The notes under the pieces are model-generated. The model was given only the letters and a program-made list of their open reading frames with translations, ran no database searches and was not told the origin of the DNA. 64,000 nt of DNA from contig CAYJMJ010000004.1 of NCBI GenBank assembly GCA_964371095.1, positions 17,651 through 81,650 of the forward strand. The letters run 5' to 3'. Of the stretch, positions 1 to 9,169 are shown piece after piece; the stretch's first letter is position 1; each line of letters begins with the position of its first letter. A program made the translations under genes and the position numbers. This DNA is from an uncultured Dehalococcoidia bacterium. GTDB taxonomy: Bacteria; Chloroflexota; Dehalococcoidia; DSTF01; JACRBR01.

Positions 1-84
1 GCCGGCGCGTGGCAGGTCACGACCTACAACTACCCGCAGCATCAGGACGCGATCGAGACGCTGCCGCTCCTCACCGCGGCGTAG
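1..84 (+). CDS. 3' end of an unidentified CDS truncated by the window start
   Basis: Open frame from base 1 to the TAG at 82-84, reading ...AGAWQVTTYNYPQHQDAIETLPLLTAA. No recognisable family. Confidence 0.3.
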   Translation, partial: AGAWQVTTYNYPQHQDAIETLPLLTAA

Positions 85-93
85 CGCACCGCG

Positions 94-1395
94 TCATGGC
101 GTCAGTCGGTGCACGTCGCGCGGAAACAGCGCGACCTCGCGGACGTTCGCCACGCCCGCGATCTGCGCCACCCAGCGTTCCAACCCGATCGCGAACCCAC
201 CATGGGGCGGCATGCCGTACCGGAACGCCTCCAGGTAACCCTCGAGCGCGCTGGGATCCTGGCCCTGGGCAGTGAGCGCCGATACGTAATCCTCGTGACG
301 ATGCAGCCGCTGCCCGCCCGTCACGAGTTCGAGCCCTCTGAACAGCAGGTCGAAACTGTTCGAGAACTCCGGGCGCGTGCGGTCCGGATGCGTGTAGAAC
401 GGCCGCTTCACCATCGGGTAGCCGGTGACGAACAGAAAGTCCGATCCGTGCTGGCACCGCGCCCACTCGCCCAGCCACCGCTCGTGCGCGGGCGCGAGGT
501 CCGGTTCCCCGACCAGGTCTTCGCCGGTGGCATCGCCGATGATCTTGAGCGCGTCCGCGAAGTGCACCACCGGCACCTCGCACGGCACGGCCGGCAGCGC
601 GACATCGACGAGCGCCAGCGCATCGCCCGCTTCCGCCCGCAAGGCATCGACCATCGCCGCGAGGGCCGCGGTGAGGACCGCCATCACGTCGCAGTGGTCC
701 TCGATGAACCCCATCTCCGCGTCGAGCGAGACGTACTCGTTGAGGTGCCGCGCCGTGTCGTGCGGCTCTGCGCGGAACACCGGCCCAACCTCGAACACGC
801 GCTCGAACACGCCCACCATGATCTGCTTGTAGAACTGCGGGCTCTGAGCCAGAAACGCCGGCGTTCCCATGTAGTCGACGCCGAACACATTCGCGCCGCC
901 CTCGGTCGCCGCGCCGACGATTTTCGGCGTATGGATCTCGACGAAGCCCCGCGCGCGCAGCGCCGCGCGAAACCCGGAAAGCGACGCCGCCGCGAGCTGC
1001 CAGAGCGCGCGTCGCCGCGGGTGACGGAGCGTCAGCGCCGCGTGGTCGAGCAGCGTCGGAAGCTGGCTGTTCAACGCCGGCCGGAACAGCTCGATCGGGG
1101 GCGCCTCCGATGCGGCGGAGATCACCTCAATCTCCGGCTGGCGGACCTCGACGCCCATCGGAGCCTGCGCGTTCGCGACGGCCGCGCCTTCCACCGCGAT
1201 CGCCGACTCAGCGTGCAGCGCCTCGATCCGCTCGGCGACGGCCGGATCGTCGACGACGACCTGCGCCAGCCCGCGCGCATCGCGAAGGATCAAGAAGCTC
1301 ACGCGGCTCAGGCGCCGGACGCGATGTATCCAACCAGCGAGCCGCACACGTCGTCCGGCGTGGTTCGGCAGTTCGATGCTGTAGATCCGCTCCAC
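94..1395 (-). CDS. aspS: aspartyl-tRNA synthetase, class IIb archaeal/eukaryotic-type (probably non-discriminating)
   Basis: 433-aa ORF with an N-terminal anticodon-binding OB fold and class II motifs (FRAEPHDTARHLNEYVSLDAEMGF, GGFAIGLERWV). GTG start at 1393-1395, preceded by GGGGAGGGGAGG as a Shine-Dalgarno. Confidence 0.9.
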   Translation of the reverse strand: MERIYSIELPNHAGRRVRLAGWIHRVRRLSRVSFLILRDARGLAQVVVDDPAVAERIEALHAESAIAVEGAAVANAQAPMGVEVRQPEIEVISAASEAPPIELFRPALNSQLPTLLDHAALTLRHPRRRALWQLAAASLSGFRAALRARGFVEIHTPKIVGAATEGGANVFGVDYMGTPAFLAQSPQFYKQIMVGVFERVFEVGPVFRAEPHDTARHLNEYVSLDAEMGFIEDHCDVMAVLTAALAAMVDALRAEAGDALALVDVALPAVPCEVPVVHFADALKIIGDATGEDLVGEPDLAPAHERWLGEWARCQHGSDFLFVTGYPMVKRPFYTHPDRTRPEFSNSFDLLFRGLELVTGGQRLHRHEDYVSALTAQGQDPSALEGYLEAFRYGMPPHGGFAIGLERWVAQIAGVANVREVALFPRDVHRLTP

Positions 1396-1746
1396 GGCAA
1401 CACCTCCCCTCCCCGGCCCGCGCCAGCAGGCAGAGAGAACGCAAGACGCCCCACTCGCGCGGACGAGGGGGCGTCTCGTGGTGCCACCGCATGTTCACCG
1501 CCGATCGCTATCGATCGACAGCCTTGGAGCCGGATAACGGGGGCGAACCGTCGGGGGTCTACTGTGCGCGTGCGGTTCTTCCCCGCGCTCGGGAGGGTCT
1601 TCGCAGGGTCCGGAGGCCGCCGTCACACCGGCAGGCGGCTCTCTACGCTCCGGGATGCCCGCTACTCATCTCCGTCGGCGCTGTGCGCATATCCTACCCG
1701 GTTCGCGGGTGGCGGTGCCAACATCGAGACGCGGACCGGGCGCCGG
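1396..1746 (-). ncRNA. putative T-box riboswitch leader of aspS
   Basis: 350-nt non-coding gap 5' of aspS. Minus-strand GCGGUGGCACCACG (plus coordinates 1477-1490) matches the T-box core GGUGGNACCGCG, and its UGGC bulge fits a G73 discriminator, as in tRNA-Asp/Asn. It sits immediately 5' of the 1445-1475 hairpin, then about 45 nt to the SD and GTG. A GAUGAGUAGC stretch resembles the AG/GA boxes of Stem I. Confidence 0.45.
1445..1475 (-). terminator. intrinsic terminator-like hairpin (likely the T-box terminator arm, or the cysS operon terminator)
   Basis: Plus-strand gacgcccc (1445-1452) pairs with ggggcgtc (1468-1475) across a 15-nt loop. On the minus strand the hairpin is followed by UUGCGUUCUCUCU. 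Confidence 0.5.
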
Positions 1747-3119
<1,373 letters not shown>

Positions 3120-3123
<4 letters not shown>

Positions 3124-3893
3124 CCGCCGATCGCCTTTCTGTCCGGCGGCGCGTTCCCGCCGCCGTTCTCGCCGTCTGCCGCTTCCCGCTCCCGATGCAG
3201 GTGGACCGGCTCTCCGCCTTCGGGGCCCGGCTGCGGCGCCCGGCCCCCGAGCGCCTCGACCTGCTCCTGCAGCGCGCGGATGCGCCGCTCCATCCGCTCG
3301 ATGTGCTGTTCCAGCGCATCGATGCGGTCCCACTCCGGGTCGGGCAGCCGCGTAATCGTATCGCCGCCGGCCTCGTGGAACGAGACGACGTGGCCGGGCA
3401 CGCCCACGACCGTGGCGTTCTCCGGCACGTTCGTCACCACGACCGATCCGGCGCCGATGCGCGCGTTGTCGCCGATCTCCACCGCACCGATGAGCTTCGC
3501 GCCCGCGCCGACGGTCACGCCGCGTCCGAGCGTCGGATGGCGCTTCGTGCGGTGCAGGCTCGTGCCCCCGAGCGTCACTCCCTGCAGGATGTGGCAGCCG
3601 TCGCCGATCTCGGCCGTCTCGCCGATCACGACACCCATGCCGTGGTCGATGAACAGCCCCTCGCCGATCTGCGCGCCCGGGTGGATCTCGATACCCGTGA
3701 GGAAGCGGCTGAAGTTCGAGATGGCGCGCGGAATCACGGGCACGCCGCGCCTGTGCAGCGTGTGCGCCAGTCGATGCAACTCCCGCGCGTGAAATCCCGG
3801 GTACGCCAGGATGATCTCGAGCGTTCCGCGTGCCGCGGGATCGCGCTCGCGGATCGTGTCGATGTCGTGCTTGATAGACCTGAAAACAGACAT
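3120..3893 (-). CDS. cysE: serine O-acetyltransferase with C-terminal coiled-coil/low-complexity extension
   Basis: Left-handed beta-helix hexapeptide repeats (GIEIHPGAQIGEGLFIDHGMGVVIGETAEIGDG...) and an N-terminal SATase helical domain. ATG at 3891-3893. Confidence 0.85.
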
Positions 3894-4086
3894 GAGGACG
3901 AGGTCCTCCTCCTACCCCTTGACGCGCCGCTGCTTCAGTCTGGGGCGCCCGCTACGCGGTCCGCCCCGGCGGACAACAGCAAGGCGCTTCGCTCAAGAAG
4001 GCGGCGCCTGCAGCGAATCCGGGAAAGGAAGACTTCGCCACGCAAGACTCCTGCGCCGCACCCACGCGGCGGCCGGTCGTGATGGT

Positions 4087-4554
4087 CTACTCTAACAACA
4101 CCACCGCGAGGGCGGCAACGCCGTCGCCGCGGCCTGTAAAGCCCAGTCCGTCCGTGGTCGTGGCCTTGACGCTTACGGCGCCGATGTCAAGTTCCAACGC
4201 CTCGGCGATCGCCTCCCGCATCGCCGGCACGTGAGGAGCGAGCCGGGGCTCTTCGGCCACCACCGTCGCGTCTACGTTGGCGACGCGCCACCCGGCGCCC
4301 CGTAGGCGCTCATCGGCCAGCCGAAGCAGGTCGATGCTCCGTGCGTCCCGCCAACGGTCATCCGACGACGGGAACATGCCGCCGATGTCCCCCAGTGCCG
4401 CCGCGCCGAGCATCGCGTCGATGACGGCGTGGGTCAGCGCGTCGGCATCGGAGTGCCCGGCCAGACCGCGCGGGTGCGGGATCGCGACGCCGCCGAGCAC
4501 GAGCCGCCGCCCGGCCGCGAACGCGTGTACGTCGATTCCCTGTCCGATCCTCAT
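4087..4554 (-). CDS. ispF: 2-C-methyl-D-erythritol 2,4-cyclodiphosphate synthase
   Basis: 155 aa; MRIGQGIDVHAF...GHSDADALTHAVIDAMLGAAALGDIG...ATTTDGLGFTGRGDG is the canonical IspF fold. First gene of an ispF-cysE-cysS arrangement. Confidence 0.9.
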   Translation of the reverse strand: MRIGQGIDVHAFAAGRRLVLGGVAIPHPRGLAGHSDADALTHAVIDAMLGAAALGDIGGMFPSSDDRWRDARSIDLLRLADERLRGAGWRVANVDATVVAEEPRLAPHVPAMREAIAEALELDIGAVSVKATTTDGLGFTGRGDGVAALAVVLLE

Positions 4555-4719
4555 CGGCGCGATTGTACCGGGAATGGTGCGATGGCAGCTTCCGATCGTA
4601 GGGAGGGCCGAGCGTCCGGTATGATCCTCGCAGTCATGGAAGACTTCGAGGCCTACGGACAGCTGCGCGACCGGCCGCGCGACACGCCGCCGCCGGGCGC
4701 GCCCGCCGCGGGGCGCGCG

Positions 4720-4750
4720 CCCCCCCCCCCCCCCCCGCGCCCCCCCCCCC
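4720..4750 (+). repeat. homopolymeric tract C17-GCG-C11 (encodes poly-Pro in every frame)
   Basis: Read directly from the sequence: 4720-4736 is 17 C, then GCG, then 4740-4750 is 11 C. An ATG-initiated frame starting at 4621 terminates at TGA 4756-4758; the LCP frame continues in frame 0. Confidence 0.9.
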
Positions 4751-4805
4751 GCCGCTGATCCTCGCGCCGCCGCGCCCCAAGCGCTCGCACTGGCTTCGCA
4801 ACATC

Positions 4806-5783
4806 GTGATGCTCGCGGCCCTCTACGTCGCGTTGGCCGTCGGCACGACGGTGCAGCCGCTGCCGATACCGTTCACGTCGGTCCACGCCTCGGTGCCGTT
4901 CCCGGGCGGCGCACCGGTGTTGTTCGGACTGCCGGACCGCCCGTTCACGGTGCTCGTCATCGGCCTGGACCGCCGCCCGTCCGAAAAGGGAGCGAGCCGT
5001 ACGGACACCGTGCTGCTCGTGCGCATCGACCCGGGCGCGCACAAGGCTGCGTTCCTCAGCATCCCGCGTGACTCGCTCATGGAGGTCCCGCAGGCCGGCG
5101 GCACCTACACGCAGGACCGCATCAACACCGCCTATGTCTACAACTGGTCATCGAAGGACGGCAGTGCGGCGCCGAAGGCCGTGGCGGCCACGATCGAGCA
5201 CAACCTGGGCATCAAGGTCGACCATTACATCACGTTCGATCAGCGCAGCGCCGAGGACTTGATCCAGGCCATGGGCGGCGTCACGATCGACAACCCGCGC
5301 GAATTCGGCCAGGAGGACTACTCCGACGACGACGTCCACGTCGTGCCGCAGCACTTCGCGAAGGGCAAGATCTCACTCGACGGCTACCAGGCCGTCGCCT
5401 ACGGCCGCATACGCGAAGGCTCCACCGATTTCGATCGCATCCAGCGGCAGCAGCGAGTCGGTTCGGCGCTCATTCATCAGGCATCGTCGCCGATGTCCGT
5501 CGTTCACCTGCCTGCGGCGTTCAACGCGTACCGGAAGACCATCAAGACCGACATGAGCCTGCGCCAGTCGGCGGGCGTGCTGTCGCTGCTCAAGGGCGTC
5601 GACGACGGCGACCTCAAGACGAAGTCGCTCGGCGACGCGGCGGTGTCGTGCAACTCCTGCACGGCGTCGATCCAGCTCCTCGACCCGGCCAGGGTGCAGG
5701 CGATCATCGCCGAAGCATTCGGCGACCCGGAGGCCGGCGCCCGCGCCGCGCAGCTTCTCGCCGCCGCGGGCGTCACGCCGTAA
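4806..5783 (+). CDS. LytR-CpsA-Psr (LCP) family cell-envelope phosphotransferase; N-terminus probably encoded from 4621 in another frame
   Basis: Transmembrane helix MLAALYVALAVG followed by an LCP domain (TVLVIGLDRRPSEKGASRTDTVLLVRIDP...FLSIPRDS...DRINTAY). The frame is open back to 4602 with no ATG. The 4621 ATG frame (MILAVMEDFEAYGQLRDRPRD...PPPP) would join it after a -1/+2 shift inside the poly-C tract. Confidence 0.8.
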   Translation: MMLAALYVALAVGTTVQPLPIPFTSVHASVPFPGGAPVLFGLPDRPFTVLVIGLDRRPSEKGASRTDTVLLVRIDPGAHKAAFLSIPRDSLMEVPQAGGTYTQDRINTAYVYNWSSKDGSAAPKAVAATIEHNLGIKVDHYITFDQRSAEDLIQAMGGVTIDNPREFGQEDYSDDDVHVVPQHFAKGKISLDGYQAVAYGRIREGSTDFDRIQRQQRVGSALIHQASSPMSVVHLPAAFNAYRKTIKTDMSLRQSAGVLSLLKGVDDGDLKTKSLGDAAVSCNSCTASIQLLDPARVQAIIAEAFGDPEAGARAAQLLAAAGVTP

Positions 5784-5793
5784 GGAGGACGAA

Positions 5794-6210
5794 TTGACCG
5801 AAGAAATCACCGCCGACTTCCTGATCCTCGCCGATGCGGCGCAGGTCCAGGGCGAGAAGCTCTATTTGCTGGGCGGCGGATGGTCGCTCATCTGGGCCAA
5901 GGAGTTTCCCGCGCAGCACCAGATGGCCGTCGCCGCCGGCATCCTCATCCCGTGGATGGAGACGAATGCCCGCCACCAGTTCCGCATCCACGTCCACTCC
6001 GAGGACGGCGCGACGTTCGGCGACGTCAGCGGCGAGTTCGAGCAGGGCCGCGCGCCCGGCCTCCCGCCGGGAACCACGCAGCGCGTCATGCTCACCGTCA
6101 ACATGGGTATCCGCATCGAGCGGCCAACAGAAGCCGCCGCCGAACTGTGGCTCGACGGCGTGCTCGCGCGCTCCGTGCCCTTCCGGATCGCCGCGACGCC
6201 TCCGCGCTAA
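5794..6210 (+). CDS. conserved hypothetical protein (138 aa), co-oriented 10 nt downstream of the LCP gene
   Basis: Clean ORF with non-biased composition (MTEEITADFLILADAAQVQGEKLYLLGGGWSLIW...). No family recognised. Confidence 0.55.
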   Translation: MTEEITADFLILADAAQVQGEKLYLLGGGWSLIWAKEFPAQHQMAVAAGILIPWMETNARHQFRIHVHSEDGATFGDVSGEFEQGRAPGLPPGTTQRVMLTVNMGIRIERPTEAAAELWLDGVLARSVPFRIAATPPR

Positions 6211-6935
6211 CCGCGCGCCTTTCGTGACTGCCCGATGAATGCGTCGAACAGCCGCCGCATGAGCGGCGCGAACTCCGGTTTGTGCCCTTCGGGCCGCTCG
6301 GGGTGCCACTGGACGCTCACCACCCAGCGATGCTGCTCGCTCTCGGCGCCTTCGACCAGGTCGGACCCGTGATCGTCGGCGAACGCGATCGGCCGCAACC
6401 CGGCGGCCAACTCCGACGCCCCGACGGCCTGGTGGTGGCGCGAATTGACCTCGAATGCGGTCTCGCTGAACGCCGCCGCCAGCCGCGTGTCGCCGATGAG
6501 CCGCACGCGGTGCCACCGCGATGGGTACCCCGGCGTGCCGAAGTCAGCGCGATGCTCTCCGCTGTCGATGTGCTGGAGGAGTCCGCCACCGAATCCGACG
6601 TTCATGAGCTGGTGACCCCGGCAGATCGCCAGCACCGGGATATCGAGCCGCAGCGCTTGCTCCAGGTACGCAAGCTCCATCGCATCGCGCTCGGGCGACG
6701 TCTCCTTGACCTTCGGGTGGCGCTCGGCGGCGTAGCTCGACGGGTCGACGTCGATGCCGCCGGTCAGCATCAGCGCGTCGAGCGATGGCGCCAGGTCGGC
6801 GGCCCGGCCCACGGCCGCCTCGTTGAGGTCGATGACCTCGCCCCCGGCCTCCCGCACGCGCGACCAGTACCGGTCGAGCGCCTCGGCCGCCACGTCCTCC
6901 CAGCGCGTTACGCCGATGCGCGGCGCATCACTCAT
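6207..6935 (-). CDS. class I glutamine amidotransferase, gamma-glutamyl-GABA hydrolase-like (peptidase C26)
   Basis: Catalytic Cys in LAICRGHQLMNV and a His/Glu region (WHPE). 242 aa. Confidence 0.8.
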   Translation of the reverse strand: MSDAPRIGVTRWEDVAAEALDRYWSRVREAGGEVIDLNEAAVGRAADLAPSLDALMLTGGIDVDPSSYAAERHPKVKETSPERDAMELAYLEQALRLDIPVLAICRGHQLMNVGFGGGLLQHIDSGEHRADFGTPGYPSRWHRVRLIGDTRLAAAFSETAFEVNSRHHQAVGASELAAGLRPIAFADDHGSDLVEGAESEQHRWVVSVQWHPERPEGHKPEFAPLMRRLFDAFIGQSRKARG

Positions 6936-7088
6936 CGCGGTTCACCCCACTTGCCCCGTACCTGCGGCACCGCGGCATACGCCGGCATGCCTCACTCCGA
7001 GGTTACACGGTGCGCCCCGTGTCCGCACCGGGCGAACAAGAAGGGCAGCCTCGTGGCTGCCCGTTCGAGCTGCGGCTCGGCGAAGCGG

Positions 7089-7922
7089 TTACTCCTCGAA
7101 CTCCGGGTCGTCGGCGTCTTCGTCGCGCGCGACGTCGAACAGCGTGACCTCTCGAGGTTCGGCTTCGTGCTCGGCCTCGTGTTCCGTTTCCTCCCACTCC
7201 TCGTTCTCTTCGGCGAACTCGTCTTCCTCGTCGAGGTCGGCCCGCACGAGGCTCTCCTTGGTGTACGGCCGCACCACCTCGCCAGCCTTGCCCGCCGGGA
7301 ACGACAGCCGGCCCACCTGGCCCGGGTGCTGGAACGTCTCCTTGATGATCACCCGCACGCTGTCGCCGCTCAGGCCGGCGACCGCCGCGGCGTACTTATT
7401 GCCGCCGGCGATCAGCCTCGTCAGCCGCAGCGCCAGCTTCGGCTCGATGTCGCTGATGTAGTCGCCCGCCATCGTCTCGACCGTCAGGCGCGAGCCGATG
7501 GTCTTCAGCGCCACCTCGTCGCCGGCCGACAGCGTCGCGAGCATCTTGATGTTCGCGGGCTTGAGCACGGTCACGCCCGTCTTGCCCATCTCCTCGATGA
7601 ACAGGCTGGTGTCCACCTGCTGCGCCCTGTCCGGCTCCGCCTTGGCGCGCGCCGTCGCGAGCCGCTCGAGGTTCTTGCGGGCAATCGAATTGGTCGGCTC
7701 GAGTTCCAGCGCCTGGTGGTACGCCTCTCGAGCTTCCTTGATCTTGCCCGTCTCGCTCAACGCCTTGCCGAGCCGGTTGTAGGCCTCGGGCTCCGTGGGA
7801 AACACGGCGATGATCGCGCGGTTGGCCGTGATCGCGTCGTCCCAGCGGCTCTGCATCGCGAACTGGATCGCCTGCTCGGTCCGAACGCGCTTGATGCGCG
7901 CTTTGTCTTCGGTCTGGTTCAT
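7089..7922 (-). CDS. TPR-repeat protein with acidic C-terminal tail
   Basis: TPR-like helices (AYNRLGKALSETGKIKEAREAYHQALELEP) and a C-terminal Glu/Asp-rich tail. Start chosen at MNQTEDK (7920-7922), preceded by AGAGGA; the ORF is open up to 8006. Confidence 0.7.
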   Translation of the reverse strand: MNQTEDKARIKRVRTEQAIQFAMQSRWDDAITANRAIIAVFPTEPEAYNRLGKALSETGKIKEAREAYHQALELEPTNSIARKNLERLATARAKAEPDRAQQVDTSLFIEEMGKTGVTVLKPANIKMLATLSAGDEVALKTIGSRLTVETMAGDYISDIEPKLALRLTRLIAGGNKYAAAVAGLSGDSVRVIIKETFQHPGQVGRLSFPAGKAGEVVRPYTKESLVRADLDEEDEFAEENEEWEETEHEAEHEAEPREVTLFDVARDEDADDPEFEE

Positions 7923-8117
7923 ACGTCCTCTTGAATGCGTTCGGGGGCTCGAATGTCGGGAGATTGTAGGCTGTTGCCCGAAGCAACACAAGTCAGTTTT
8001 TCCCACGGTAGCATCGGCCGAATACCCTCATGTTCGATTGCCACATGCACGTAACATTAGGGCCGGCCCCGTGCGATGGTTCTCGCACCTGGCGCCCGCA
8101 CTCCGTATATTCTCTGC

Positions 8118-8798
8118 ATGAGCGAGACTGCACCCTCCGTCAACGAGGTCATCGTCCACGGCATCATCGTCGGCGCGTTCCAGGAGAACTGTTGGGTGAT
8201 CGGGAACCGCCGCACGGGCGAGGCCGTCTGCGTCGATCCCGGCGACGAGCCCGAGGAGATCCTCGCCATGGCCCGGGAGATGGGCGTCCAGATCAAGTAC
8301 ATCGCCAACAGCCATGCCCACATCGACCACATTCTCGGCGTGGCCGCCGTGCGCGAGGCTACCGGCGCGAAGTTCCTCCTCCATCCCGGCGACCTGGAGA
8401 TCGCCCGTGGCACGGCGAAGTCCGCCCGCGCCTTTATGGGCATCGACATCCCGAACCCGCCGGAACCCGACGCCCTCCTCGCCGACGGCGATGAGATCGA
8501 CGTCGACGGGCTGAAGCTCACGGTCCTGCACACCCCGGGGCACACGCCCGGCAGCGTCTCGTTCTACGCCAACGGCGTGCTGTTCGCCGGCGACACGCTG
8601 TTTCAGGGCTCCATCGGCCGCACGGATCTCCCCGGCGGCGACGAGCGCCAGGAGATGGCGAGCATCGTCGACCGCCTGCTGGCCCTCCCCGACGACACGA
8701 TCGTGCTGCCCGGCCACATGGGCCAGACGACGATCGGCGAGGAGCGGCAGCGCAACCCATTCGTCCGCATGGAACTCGCCCGCCGCGAGGGACGCTAA
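8118..8798 (+). CDS. MBL-fold metallo-hydrolase (glyoxalase II-like)
   Basis: HAHIDH metal-binding motif, TPGHTPGS and DTLF. Start chosen at MSETAPSV. Confidence 0.85.
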   Translation: MSETAPSVNEVIVHGIIVGAFQENCWVIGNRRTGEAVCVDPGDEPEEILAMAREMGVQIKYIANSHAHIDHILGVAAVREATGAKFLLHPGDLEIARGTAKSARAFMGIDIPNPPEPDALLADGDEIDVDGLKLTVLHTPGHTPGSVSFYANGVLFAGDTLFQGSIGRTDLPGGDERQEMASIVDRLLALPDDTIVLPGHMGQTTIGEERQRNPFVRMELARREGR

Positions 8799-8819
8799 CC
8801 GGAGCCGCGGAAGCCGGGC

Positions 8820-9023
8820 CTACTTCGCGATCATGACGTCGGTTGACTTCACGACCACCGTGACGCGGTTGCCCTTCTTCAGGGCCAGCGCGTCGGCCGA
8901 GCCGCGCGTGATCGCGGCGACCATCTCCTGCCCGCCGATGTCAACGACGACCTCGCTCATTACCGTGCCGAGCTTGACGCTCACGACCTCGCCCTTGAGC
9001 TGGTTCCTGGCGCTGAGCGGCAT
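8820..9023 (-). CDS. single-domain molybdopterin/molybdate-binding Mop (TOBE) protein
   Basis: 67 aa, MPLSARNQLKGEVVSVKLGTVMSEVVVDIGGQEMVAAITRGSADALALKKGNRVTVVVKSTDVMIAK: a typical Mop/TOBE fold. The ORF track extends it upstream; I prefer the short form. Confidence 0.7.
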   Translation of the reverse strand: MPLSARNQLKGEVVSVKLGTVMSEVVVDIGGQEMVAAITRGSADALALKKGNRVTVVVKSTDVMIAK

Positions 9024-9133
9024 CTGTTCCACCTCCTGCGTGTCGAGTTGCCGGGGACGATCGTACACCCAACCGGCATGCGCGCACCGGTCCGTCCGCC
9101 CCTCCGCCACGTGCCGTCCGGCCCCTTGCACGG

Positions 9134-9161
9134 CGGACTTCGATATAGGACGATTTGTCCG
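9134..9161. promoter_or_regulatory. candidate operator: nested inverted repeats CGGAC-N18-GTCCG and GGAC-GATTT-GTCC around a CGATATA motif
   Basis: Seen in the sequence 9 to 36 bp upstream of the regulator ATG at 9170, in the divergent region shared with the mop gene. CGATATA resembles the E. coli ModE half-site. Confidence 0.35.
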
Positions 9162-9169
9162 CAATCCGG

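Noticed and set aside
4429-4758. 109-aa ORF spanning the ispF antisense region into the poly-C tract, as a standalone gene
   Set aside because: Its first half is antisense to ispF. Only the segment from the internal ATG at 4621 is plausibly coding, as the N-terminus of the LCP gene.
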